Below are positions 29,198 through 41,358 of a stretch of DNA of 60,044 nt, piece after piece. The position numbers were made by a program, and so were the translations under genes. The DNA is from Eledone cirrhosa (lineage: Eukaryota): assembly GCA_964016885.1 (NCBI GenBank), contig CAXHJY010000594.1, positions 1 to 60,044 on the forward strand, given 5' to 3'. The first letter of the stretch is position 1, and each line of letters opens with the position of its first letter. Under the pieces are notes generated by a model, which was not told where the DNA came from, did not search any database, and worked only from the letters and a program-made list of their open reading frames with translations.

Positions 29198-29370
29198 TAA
29201 TAATTGTTTCTACGTTTGGCACAAGGCCAGCAATTACCCAGAGCATTACTGGTACTTTATTTTATTGACCCCGTAAGGATGAAAGGCAAAGTTAACCTCG
29301 GCGGGATTTGAACTCAGACTGTAAAGGGATGTAACTATGCTAGAAAGCATACCGATACTGCCAATTCACC
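29198..29370 (-). mobile_element. tRNA-derived SINE (short subtype) between two Tx1 copies
   Basis: Head ggtgaattggcagtatcggt, core and tail, all on the minus strand. Confidence 0.9.
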
Positions 29371-29693
29371 TAATAATAATAATTGTCTCTACTTTTGGCA
29401 CAAGGCTAATAATAATAATAATAATGATTTCATTTATTGGCCACAAGGGCCGACATATAGGGGACAATACAAAAGACTGGGACACTGGGGTTTTACAGAA
29501 AAATCGAGTAAACAATATGAATAACAATAACAAAGTAACAATAACAAAGTAACAATAAAGTAACAATAAAATTACAACAAGAAAAAATTCCCCAATAAGG
29601 GGGATGACCAGCTAGGGTTCGCTCAGTCCTGAACGACCCGACGCTTCGAGAGCACTATGGAAGGGCACCCTTCTCCTCTTCAAATTTACCTAC

Positions 29694-32600
29694 CTACAGG
29701 CGCATGATCAGAGTAGGCCCACTCACACGGGCCATTCTCGCCACATTCACCCACCTTTCAGCAAATGTACTGGGGGGCAGCACTTCTCTCTCCACCCTCA
29801 CCTTCCTTTCCAAGTGAAACTTGAAAAAGTTGATGAGGGATTGGCCGAATAGAAAAGTGTCTGTCTTCAGTCCTTTCAACCTCGTCCATCATACAACCTC
29901 TTTCGCTACTGCCACCAGACAGAGGAAAATTGCCTGCCCTTCCTGGCCAAGAGAAGGCGGCGGGTCGATCTTCACTATGGACTCGGCCGATAGCCGGATC
30001 CGTTCTACACGCGACAACAGCTGTTCAACATAACTCCACAAGTCAGTAATGCACGGACACTGACGAGTGCGTGCAGAACGGTTTCGTCGCTCTGCGCGCA
30101 TCTCCGGCAGGTCTGTCTGACAGCACTTCCGTGCCTGGAGAGTTTATCTCGAACCGGCAGTACCTCCCGGTAGCACTGCCAAGCGAGGGATTTTTGGAAA
30201 TTAGCCATCGTCCCCGGCTCGAAAATCCTCCGGTACAGACTGGTTAGTTCGACTTCGTTGACTCCCAGAGCCTCTCCGAGTGCGTCGTCGCACTTGCCCA
30301 CCACTAATCCTCTATAGAACTCGAGAGTGGAAGTTCCACTGACCGCATTGCCCGCCTGGTAGAGGGCAGTGAGTGCCTGGCAACATTCCAGATGACAGTC
30401 ACCCAGTCTCGGTCTCTTCTTGACCCAGGACTGCAGCTCAGTCAAAGAAACGAGCTGCGGAAAGGCCCGTCTGACAAACGGCGACCATACCTGTTCACCG
30501 TTTAGGCAGAATATCTGGAGATGCCGCAGCCTCAGCGCGTGCCTGCGCATCATTAGCCACGGCATGTCCAGCCCTCCACGTAGAGGGTGCTGGCAGCAGA
30601 TGGACCGCCTCACCAGATGGACCCCTCCACAAGAATTTGAAGAGGAGACGCTCCAAGATGGCGAGGCGCGAACGGGGCCAAGGGACGACAGTCAGACGGT
30701 AGTAGATGACGGACGCGATGTACGCGTTCGCCACCTCCGCCCGACCTTTCAGTGATAGCTTCATCCCAGCCCATTTCTGGGTGAGACTGACTACTCTGCC
30801 CGTCACCTCGTCCCAATTCTTATCCACCTGGAGATCTGGCCCGAACCAAACCCCTAGCAACTTTACCGGTCCGTCCGTCCAGCGCCTAACGACGCTGTTG
30901 GACAGCATGGACTTGCCTCTCCAGGTGCCGAGTTGCAAGCCCACTGACTTTTCCGGGTTAAGTTTTGCTCCCGTCAACATTTCATATTCCTCCAATAAGT
31001 TGCTGACCACCTCGATTTCTGAGGTGTCCGACACCATCATGGTGATCTCGTCCGCATAAGCCGACACAGCCTTTCCGCGTCCCGGTTCGAGCGGGATGCC
31101 CTGCAACAGCTCTAGCTTCCACAGTAAAGGCTCGAGAGTCAATACGTACAGAAGGGAGGAGAGAGGGCACCCTTGATGGATCGATCGGGAGACCTGAAAC
31201 GGTTCCGAGAGGTGGCCATTAATTTTGACCATCGAGCAGGTGCCGCTGTGCATTGCAGCGATCCAGCTTCTGAAGACGGGGCCGAAGCCAGCCGCCTTGA
31301 GGACAGCCTCCAGGTACCGATGGTCGACCCTATCGAATGCTTTCGATTGATCTAAATTGATCAGAGCCCCACCAAAGCCAGGTTTACACCCTACCCTCTC
31401 TATGATGTATCGCATTAGGTGGAGGTTGTCGTGTATGGACCTGGTTGGGATTGCGCAAGTTTGCGCCTCCCCAACCAAATCCCCGACGACAAATCTTAAA
31501 CTCTATGTTGAGCAGAGTTATGGGCCCGAAATTGTCTAATGTGTCCCTCTTGTTCTCGTCTTTCCTTATCAGCGTCACTACTCCCCGGCTCACAGAACTG
31601 GGAATACTCCCGTTTTTCTGCCAGTTGCAGTAGAGGGCTTCGAGGAGATTGGAGAACAAGTCTGGCATATTTACGTAAAGCTGGTAGGGCAGGCCATCCA
31701 AACCGGGTGACTTGCGCCTCATGCAGCCGACAAGGATATCCTGAATCTCGGCTGAAGTAATTGGCCTTTCGCAGCGCCCAGCATCAGCCGTCGAGAGTTG
31801 CGGCAAGCCATCGAGGTAGGGACTGAAGTCCGCCACCATCTGTGACCCACCACTTCCCCCGAACAACCGAGAAAAATGTTGGCGAAAGGCCTCACACATC
31901 CTCTTGTAATCGCTCAGCTCGTGCCCATCTCGGTACGTCAAAGACCGAATCGAGGTTTTATTACCACGCTGCGCATCCGCCACGCGGGCCCATCGAACAG
32001 CTTTGGTTCCCTCGTTTCTCAGAGCACGCGCCTTAGCTCTGACAATGCAACCTTCGTGTTTCGCATTGAAGAAATGGTCTAATGCCATTCTCGTCGCTAG
32101 CACATCAGTTGCAATGCCACTACCAATAGCCTCGTCTAACTTATCTACCAACTCCCCCTCCTTTCTATTTTTCTCTAATGCTAGTTCTTTGCTAAACTCC
32201 ATCGAGATTACTCTAATCTCTCTTTTGAGAGCCCCCCCCCCCCCACCATCTATTGTTGACGATTCCCCCTGTCAACTTTTTCTTAACTGAATTGTTGACC
32301 TGGTCCCTATAAGCCTTACGTGCCGGAAATGACAGGTTTAGCTTCCAGTAACCAGGTCCTAACCTACGCGTCTTATCTAGGTCGACCATACAGATCACAA
32401 ACTTGTGATCTGAATAGGCGACCGTTTCAAAACGTGGACAGCTTACACTATTTCTGTCTATTTTCCTAATGAATATCCTGTCTATATACGATCTAGATGA
32501 CCCTAAGCGGTTAGTCCAGGTCCATACTGGCGCATTAGGGAAATCTAGTCGGTACCTGTCAGACAGTTGGAACTGGCTGATCAGGTTCTTGAGGCTTTTG

Positions 32601-33085
32601 CACCCCTCGCTCCTATCGGATACTCCCACACAGTCCCAGCATGCGTCTAAGATGCCGTTCCAGTCCCCCGCTAACAGTAAAGGGCGAGACGTACCCAGAA
32701 AGGCTTCCAGGCGTCTAAAGAAGTCCGGTCGTCCTGCCCCAGTAGGAGCATAGACGGCCACCAGTCTAAAGGCACCACCTTCATTATTGTTCACGTCCAG
32801 GACCACCAACTTCCCGTCCGGGTCCCGGAAGATCGACCTTACCTCGAGATCCAGGCCTTTCCTAAACAGCACTGTCACCCCGCCTCCCATTCCCGGCCGG
32901 CTAACAGATGCAAATATCTGATAGTCGTCGAAAATGGGGGCTAGTGCGCGCGTGTCGGAAATCCTGGTCTCGTTGACTGCAATTACATCCATTTCTATAG
33001 ACCTGAGGTCGTTGAGCAGGTGACTCTGCTTCCAGGACGATCCCAGGCCTCGAACATTTAAATATCCTACTCTTAATACGGCCAT
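29694..33085 (-). pseudogene. Tx1-like ORF2 (apurinic endonuclease, reverse transcriptase, C-terminal zinc motif), frameshifted
   Basis: Motifs LNVRGL, VYAP, GDWN, IDRIF, SDH, GPGYWKLN; KSPGLDGLP, LDQSKAFDRVDH, QGCPLS, YADE; CRRCAQSDETVLH. Split over ORFs 32213-33085, 31384-32202, 30495-31478, 30005-30613, 29889-30101 and 29694-29879. Confidence 0.93.
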
Positions 33086-33116
33086 GTCGGCAGGTTAAAC
33101 AGAGAGAGAGGAAGGT

Positions 33117-35104
33117 TTACTTACCTTCCGGGCTCTTGTGAAGGTCGGGTTGTTCAACCTCCATAGTTAGTGGGGTTTCTTTTGGGAACCCCTTTAAAAG
33201 TCTTGAAGTGGGTTTTACGTTCGGGGTTGCCACGTCCCGAGGAAAGCTGTCTCGTATTTCTTTGAATATATCGAGCGACATTCGCACCAGAACCAAATCT
33301 TCCGGCACGCGAAATGTGCTTGATTTAAAAATTTCCCCCTCTTTTTGTATATTTTCACTTCGTGCTACGAGGGTCATCAGTTCCTTGTTGGCCCTCCTGG
33401 CGAGAACGAAGTTTTGTATGTTTTGTTGGTGTGATTTTATTTGTTTGCGTGGCTGTGGTGGTGATGGTTTTGGTGGTGTTGTTTCGGTTGTATCTGTGTT
33501 TGTTGTGAGTGCGGTGTCTGTGGTTTCAGATGTTTGTGTGTATATTTGTTCTTGCGTCTGTTTCGGCTGTTTGCGTTTGGGGGATTCTGGTGATGGTGAT
33601 GGTGGTGTTGATGTTGGTGTTATTGGAGAGTTGTTTGCGTGGGTGGTGTCTGCGTTTTTTATTGTGGGTGCTTTTGTGCTTTGTTGAGTTTTTTTTCTTT
33701 TTGTGTTTCCTTTTTTGTATTTTGGGGGATTTTGGATTTCCCTCATTTTCACTACTGGTAGATGAGGGGTCTGTGTCTGTAAGTGTGTCTGTATGTATGT
33801 TTATGGTTTTATTGGTGTGTATATTTTTTGGGGAAGGGGGTATTTGACAGCTTTCCTCGTTTCTCCCCTGGGTGGTCAATGTTGGTGGTGGTCTTTCTAT
33901 TGGTGTTGTTGTTGGTGGTTTTGCCGGTGCTGGTGTTGGTTGTGGTCCTCGCCCCGGCGTCGGCAGCAGTGGAGCCTTTCGACCACATGCCTCTTTCAGC
34001 AGTTGAGGGCAGAAGGCCGCAAATGGGTTTTTTCCCCACAAACAAAACACTGCGGCCTTTCGCCTTCGGTCATAATGTGAATGACCGTCCCATTCTGAAG
34101 GCGGATGTGGTCCGGGATTGTCTTCACATTCTCGGGCCTGATCTGGAGAAGGTTCTCCAGGTCAACCCCGGACTAGTTCTCTCTGGCCGTTCTGCTCACT
34201 TCTATAGGGACTGTATCCGTCCCCTCCACAATCACACATCCCAGAAGCCACCACATGTCAAGTCCTGGTGGGATTCTGGGAATGCGGAGACGGGCCGTTC
34301 TTTTTCCCATGTGGGAGGGGTACATTATGACCTTGCTGGTTTTGCTAGGAGTCATAGCGTGTTTCATAGCGAGGGCTTCTGACTTGAACAACACTGAAAT
34401 GGTGCCGTACTGTCTGCCCCTCTCTATGTACTGGGTGTCTTCTCTGATGCTCCTCAGCGCGACTTCGACATATTCTTGTGGAATTAAAGCTGCCCTTTTG
34501 GTTTGTGCTGAGATGCATCTATAATGCACCGTTTTGCGCTCCACTGCCTCAATAGCTTCTACCGTGACAGTTAAGTTGGCCCAAGTTTGCTCTTGCTTGA
34601 TGAGCTTCCATGCCTGGGCCAACTTTTCATCTTTGTTTGAGAGGTCCATGTTGAAGCATGGCCTCTTTTTTGCTGCTGCCGCAGCGAAAGTGTTCTTGTT
34701 TTCGTTGGGGGTGTTGTTGTCGTTGTTCTTGTTGGTATTGTTGTTAGCACTGTCGCTGTTATCATTGTTGTTTTTGTTGCCACCGTTGTTCTCGGTGCAG
34801 TTGGTATTGTTGCTGTTGGTGTTGTCGCTATTTGTTTTCATGTTAGTGGTGTTGATATTGTTGTTGTAGTTGTTATTTTTTTTTTTGTTATCTGTATTTT
34901 CGTTGTCGCTGTTACTGTCATTTTTTTGAAAATTAGAGTTCTTATTGGTATCATTGGTGTCTTTGTTTACCTTGTTTTTGGTGGTGTTTGTGTTATCAAT
35001 GTGTGTTAATTTCGCTGTAGTGCTCCTCTCAACTTCTACGTCGTTGTCGCACGACAGCCGACATATCGCTGGGGGGGGGGGGGGGGGGGGGCTGGCTCAG
35101 CCAT
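33117..35104 (-). pseudogene. Tx1-like ORF1 (gag-like nucleic-acid-binding protein), disrupted
   Basis: N/T-rich N-terminus, globular segment (ORF 34173-34841), CCHC knuckle CFVCGEKTH..AFC near 34005-34052 across a frameshift, and a P/T/K-rich C-terminus ending just before ORF2. Confidence 0.8.
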
Positions 35105-35310
35105 GTTTTTTTTTCTTCGTAAATTTTTTAACATGTAAAATAAAGTTAAAATATTTGGGCCAAAAGGCCCAAATATTATACTTTACCCTTCACGGGGCAA
35201 AGTCTAAGGGCTTATATCCCTTACACAACAAGAAATATTTAACAACAAATAATGTTAACAGGCAAATAAAGCGACTTACTGGGAGCGAGCAAAATATGTC
35301 CGCTTAGACC

Positions 35311-35517
35311 AATAATAATAATAATAATAATTGTTTCTACTTTTGGCACAAGGCCAGCAATTACCCAGTGCATTACTGGTACTTTATTTTATCTACCCCG
35401 TAAGGATGAAAGGCAAAGTCAACCTCGGCGGGATTTGAACTCAGATCGTAAAGGGACGTAACTATGCTGGAAAGCATGGCGTCCGACCCTCTACCGATAC
35501 TGCCAATCCACCGCCCT
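35311..35517 (-). mobile_element. tRNA-derived SINE (short subtype), full length, tail abutting the Tx1 5' end
   Basis: Complete head, core and tail, with (AAT)n on both sides. Confidence 0.92.
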
Positions 35518-36076
35518 TAATAATAATAATAATATTCTTTAATCACTAGTCACATAACGGAAGTAGTACAGATTTGAATAACAGGAAGATCGCTATAACA
35601 ATATAGATCGCTACTTTACTGCTATGAAAAGTATCCATTATCATCGATGAAATAACATCAAAAAATAGAAAAATAGAAAAAAATAGAAAACAAAAGAGGA
35701 AAATATTGAATGCTACCAATGTAAGTAATACATTTAACTTATTAGTGACATGTTATTGTTTCTTTGTACATAATATAAGTGATATATTGCAAATGTTCGA
35801 ACTATAGGCCGATTAGTCACTAAATATAAACACAAAAATGGTGCCCGAGTCAAATCAATATCAGAGTCAGCTCAAAATAACAGCAACAAACATTAAGCAC
35901 AATATAAATGAAAGCCGTATAATTCTGCTCAAGCTTTTGACCTAATAGTTAAGGTATTGGACTCACAATTATAATGACGTGGGTTCGATTCCTGAACCAA
36001 CCGGCGTTTTGTATTCTTTAGCAAAATACATTATTTCATGTTGTTCCTGTCAGGAATTGCCACCGACAGTAATATT

Positions 36077-36291
36077 GGTTTCTTATATAGGCACAAGGCC
36101 AGCGATTTTGGGGGTGGGGAAAGTCGATTAAATCAACCCCAGTGCGTGACTGGTACTTTATTTTATCGACCCCGTAAGGATGAAAGGCAAAGTTAACCTC
36201 GGCGGGATTTGAACTCAGATCATAAATGGCCGTGACTCTATGCTGCAAACCATGACGTCCGACACTCTACCGATACTGCCAATCCACCGTC
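36077..36291 (-). mobile_element. tRNA-derived SINE (long subtype) with 20-bp TSD, inserted in a different SINE
   Basis: ttgccaccgacagtaatatt at 36057-36076 and 36292-36311. A tRNA-like head of the host element lies at about 35935-36050. Confidence 0.92.
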
Positions 36292-37126
36292 TTGCCACCG
36301 ACAGTAATATTAACAACAGGAAGATCAATGGAAACATTGTTTACATGGTCCGATCTGACGATAAGCACCTTTCCTATCGTTTGTTGTTTAATCCTGTCAG
36401 AGTAATAGTCGAAGAGGCGTATGATGGAAGGCATTCCAACCATGACAGTCACGCCGTTTTGTCAATCAGGAATCCCATTAGTTAATGCGCACTTTTTTAT
36501 TTTAAAAAGTGTGTGTGTGGGGGTAAATTTGAGTGTAGGTTATATTTGAGTGTATTGTGTGCGTGTGTACTATTTGTGTTTGTGTAATTGTATAAGCGTA
36601 CACACCTGTGTGCAAAAGTTATATAGTCGATTATTGAGTCACTATGTATGTGTATTAGTATGGCTATTTCTATGTATTTATGAATCTATGTGTATATTTA
36701 TGTATGTTGTATGTATCTTCTTCTTCTTCTTCTTCTTCTTCTTCTTCGCTTTTAACATCTCGTGCCGAATTTCACCATCCCCAGCATCATTGCTCTACTT
36801 TAGATTATTCATCCAGATGCACTTTTTTCTTTTTTAATTCTCTGAAATTCTTCTAAAAAAAAAACTTTACTACAACAGCAATAAAATGTTTAATGTTTTA
36901 TAGTCTTGGACATTATAATTGTTATACTTACAGATTAAATTTACTGATTCGATGGTAACTTTCATTGTCTTGAAATGTAAGCTTATCCAGTCTATTATTT
37001 AACCACATCGTTACCATATTTCTAATGAAAAACACTGCCTATAGTTTTCAAATCATTTTGTACATAATGAAGTATCGGAGGGTTTAATAATATAACTATT
37101 TTCTCTTTATTCATCTGTTATGTGAA

Positions 37127-37242
37127 GGCGTGTGGCTGAGTGGTTAGAGAATTGGATTTACAATCTTGAGGTTGTGAGTTCGATTCCTAAACCGGGTGAT
37201 GCTTTATGTCCTTGAGCAAGACGCTTTATTTCACGTTGCTCC
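37127..37242 (+). mobile_element. Second tRNA-headed SINE family
   Basis: A box TGGCTGAGTGG, B box GAGTTCGATTCC, then gtccttgagcaagacgctttatttcac. Confidence 0.7.
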
Positions 37243-38714
37243 TTCTACTGGAGTTGAGACCGATAGATAGTATTAGCAATTAGAAAGACCAGCGGAAACA
37301 TTGTTTCCTCGGTGCGATTTGACGAAAGTCGATCGATCCTTTTTTTTTTTATCTGGTATTTGGAGCATAAATTAAAGTTTCTTACATAGAATTTTGAAGG
37401 AATTTTTTTTTTAGATAAATACAAATCTTTTAAAATAAATATCTTAATATTATATTGGTAGTTTCGGACGATTTAGTGTAAAACGGGTTAAACTCTTCGT
37501 AGCACAATCAAGTACACCACTAATTATAGGTACAAATGTAAATTTGTATGCAGTTTGTTTATCAATATTTTCTTTCTCAATAATTATATATATATTGTTT
37601 GTTTTCTATTTCAAACAACTTTTCTAGATGTGTTAGGGAGAAGTTTTGATGGGGATATTCCAGTACATCTTTTGAATTGAAATGTGTGAATGTACTCAGA
37701 CATATTTGTTATATTCACCCCAGGATAGTTATTAATACGGATGGCATTATATATTGTTTTACTAATTACGTCATGCCACATAGAAAGGTAATAACGTGAT
37801 GGTATTTTAGAACAACTGCTGAATTTTAGAACAATAGCAGATTCGTGAGAGATAATTTATCTTTTAGTTCACACTGTCTCGTTTTGTTCGACAGGCGTGT
37901 AATATTTTTTATAGCTCAAACACATATTACACTCACATTCAAGATCGACTAAACCTTTTATCGTTGTTAGCATCATTCTCAATATTGGTAGAGTCGTTAG
38001 TACATAGGATTAAATACCTCAGTAGTTCTTTTGGTGCTCTGCGCTCTGAGTTCAAAGTCTGCCGAAGTCAGCTTTGCTTTCCATCTTTTCGGTGATGATA
38101 AACAAAGTACAAGTTCAGGGATAGATTGTGAGAGTATCGGATGATAGGACTTTTGTATCTGTTCGAGCTCTAAACTTTCTGAGTTCAAATCTTGCCTGAA
38201 TTCAAATCTCGTCTGCTGTCACCAGAAAATTTTCCTTCTTTTGTTTTCAATATTCCGATTAACATACTCTTGGATAGCTTTTGTTTGTATGCAGAGGCTT
38301 TTCACTTCACGTCTTTGTTGAGATATGTTTGTAACGTTGTTCTACGTTTCGCAGGAGTTGAGTGTTTCTTAAGGTTCCCTCTCCTCTTGAAATCTATTTT
38401 GCTTTTAAATCTACTCTGCTTTTCAGCACTAACTTAATGGATTTATTTTTTATTATTGTTGTTCTTATTCAGCAGGCGCTGTCAGGTGATACCATACGAG
38501 TCTCTCATACTATATGAGCTGATATTAAGTCTCATTACACAGATGAAAAAACATTACAGTCGTTACTCTGAATCGAGTATGAGTTGGTATTATGTATCAC
38601 ACTTTTGCTAAGGGTTTTAGATACCCACGCACTCGTAATAAAATACAGACGCTCTCTTCAATTTCCCTCCTTTGATCCAGCAGAAAATCTAGGATGAAAT
38701 AGTTGGGAGGAAAA

Positions 38715-38845
38715 GTGGCTGGTACTTTCTTTATCGGCTCCGAAAGGATGAAAGGCAAAGTGAACCTTGGGGGGATTTGAGCTCAGAACGGAGAGACGTG
38801 GAGCATATATCATACCCTTTAATGACTCTACCAAATCAACGGCCT
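38715..38845 (-). mobile_element. Degenerate SINE 5' half
   Basis: ctggtactttctttatcgg...aaggatgaaaggcaaagt...gatttgagctcag. Confidence 0.7.
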
Positions 38846-38910
38846 ATTAACATTACTATTTTTCTTGCAGCTTCCACTTGATGTTAGGATCTTTTTGGTT
38901 TTAATAATAA

Positions 38911-39635
38911 CTAGACCACCTGTGACCCGTTGGGTCAAGTTCACTTCAAAATACTTTGAAAAAATCATGTTCACTTAAAAACAATTTTTAAATAATTGTT
39001 TCTACTTTAGGCACAAGGCCAGCAATTACCCAGTGCATTACTGGTACTTTTAAATCATTTTTAAATAATATACACAGACATGTATATAATGTGAAATGAA
39101 ACTGGAAGGCCCATATATATGCATTGTGTATAGAAATATAGAAATGTGCGTGTGTGTATACATATATATATATATATGTGTGTATGTATATATATATATG
39201 TGGGAGTCTGTTATTCTATATACACTGGTCATAGACAAACACACACATATACACACACATATATATATACACACACACTCACACGCACACACATATATAT
39301 ATACACAACAACACCATCAGCTCTCTCTCTCTCTTCCATTCTCCTTCTCTGTCTCCTCTCCCTCTCTCTCTCTATGTCTCTCTTTCAATCTACTCTCTCA
39401 TAACCACTATCGCTTTCTCTCTATCCTTCTCTCTCTCTATTTATGAAGGTATCCGAAACAACTCCCGTATCTCGGGAACCCGTACATCGATTTACGTGAA
39501 ACTTGTTTTATTCCATTTGTATTCGCCTTTCAGGGTCAAGTTCCTTTCAAAGTATTTTCCCATTATGCGCTCCTTTGGCTGTATTACATTACAGACAAGC
39601 AAGCAAGCAATCGCAGAATTTTAGTAATATATAGA
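38911..39635 (-). mobile_element. Helitron-like non-autonomous element containing a SINE tail (38993-39050) and microsatellites
   Basis: Minus strand A|TCTATATATTACTAAAA followed by (TTGC)n, ending in hairpin TGACCCAACGGGTCA then CTAG|T. Confidence 0.6.
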
Positions 39636-40369
39636 TGGAATAGATTGTCTCTATAGTTCCGTCAAGTATCTCAAATATTGGCGCCAATACTCGCACTGCT
39701 TATTCATTTTAAGAGGAAAATTTTAGGTCTGTTGTAATGCACTTTGTATGATATATTCTCTGCATATGTACGTGTATGTATGATGTATGTATGTGTATAT
39801 GCCTGACTTTGGGTTCGCTATTAATTCATCGCATGCTATTACATCGCGAGAAGTACCCAGTATGGCAATCAAACGCAAGATAACCTTGTTAGCCAATACA
39901 TCGTCATAAATTTATCATTATTTCAAATAATTCATCAGTAAATTCATCCTCATGCTTTTTATTCGCAGAGTAAATACGTAGGTAAATATTATTTAAGGTT
40001 TTTATTTGCAAAGTAAAATACGATGCATTTCATTAAAAATGCAAAAGAATTTCAAACACAAAAAATTCCATTTGACGATCTAGAAATTTTAGAAATTTTG
40101 AAAGAAGAACAATAAAAAAAGTGTAGTATTAATCAAACAATATATCACCTGTGTAAGAAATTGTACGTGGCATAAAGAAATGTAAAGATAATACAGCAAG
40201 AACTCAACATATCATTAACGAATATCAAAATCGCGAAATGCTGGATTATTTAAGAGCGATTTTGTCTTTTTAGAATGTTGCTGCCTTCTTTCAATTTAAG
40301 ATAGTGTGTTTTTTTTACTACATTATTTTGTGGTGTTATTTTTAAAAGTATCTTCGATTTGTTTTTTTT

Positions 40370-40372
<3 letters not shown>

Positions 40373-40418
<46 letters not shown>

Positions 40419-40485
40419 GTACATAAATATATATATATATATATGTGTGTGTGTGTATATATGTATATATATATATGTATGTGTA

Positions 40486-40572
<87 letters not shown>

Positions 40573-40589
40573 CATACATATATATATAT
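40373..40589. repeat. (TA)n microsatellite
   Basis: Visible run. Confidence 0.95.
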
Positions 40590-40814
40590 TGAGTAAATGG
40601 GATATTAATAATATTTTTAACTTTGAAAAAGATGTACATTTTTAATGAAATGCGACATATTTAAATAATATTTGCAGATAGATTTATTCCACAGATTAAA
40701 GTCCTTCTGAGGAAGTTGCCAACAAAGAATTTGTCACAATAATTAATTTACTGACGATGTAATGGTTGACGGCATCATTATATTACGATGGCATTACATT
40801 GGAAAATGATTACA

Positions 40815-41066
40815 TTGCGACGTCATTATATCACCTAGTGACGTCATTGCCTTGCGACGTCATTGCCTCGTGACATCATTGCCTCGCGACGTCATTACAT
40901 CACCTAGCGACGTCATTGCCTTGCGACGTCATTGTCTCATGACATCATTGCCTTGCGACGTCATTACATCACCAAACGACGTCATTGCCTTGCGACGTCA
41001 TTGTCTCTCGACGTCATTGCCTCGCGCCGTCATTGCCTCGGGACGCCATTGTCGTGCGACGTTATT
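40815..41066. repeat. GACGTCATT minisatellite with a 69-bp higher-order period (21+16+16+16)
   Basis: cgacgtcatta(c/t)atcacc starts at 40818, 40887 and 40956. Confidence 0.9.
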
Positions 41067-41142
41067 AACTGGTACCAGATGATGTAATATTATTGTGGTG
41101 CAATTTAATTACGTTGCAGTGTTATTACGTTACAACATCGTA

Positions 41143-41358
41143 GGGCGGTGAATTGGCAGGATCGGTAGAGCGTCGAACAACATGCTTCGCGGTATATAGT
41201 TACGGCCCTTTACCTTCTGAGTTCAAATCCCGCCGAGGTTAACTTTGCCATTCATCCTTACGGTGTCGATAAAATAAAGCACCAGTAATACACTGGGGTC
41301 GATTTAAACGACTCACCCCTCCCCTTCAAATTGCTAGCATTGTGCCTAAATAGAAACA
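41143..41358 (+). mobile_element. tRNA-derived SINE (long subtype), full length, with probable TSD
   Basis: gttattacgttacaacatc (41121) / gttattacgttgcagcatc (41359). Confidence 0.92.

Larger units (their letters stand above)
29407..35310 (-). mobile_element. Near full-length Tx1/L1-clade non-LTR retrotransposon (about 5.9 kb)
   Basis: 5' UTR, gag-like ORF1, ORF2 with APE-RT-zinc motif, 3' UTR with AATAAA and an (ATT)n tail. Confidence 0.95.

Noticed and set aside
37127-37195. tRNA-like sequences here and at other SINE heads
   Set aside because: A and B boxes are present but there is no complete cloverleaf, and they continue into SINE bodies.
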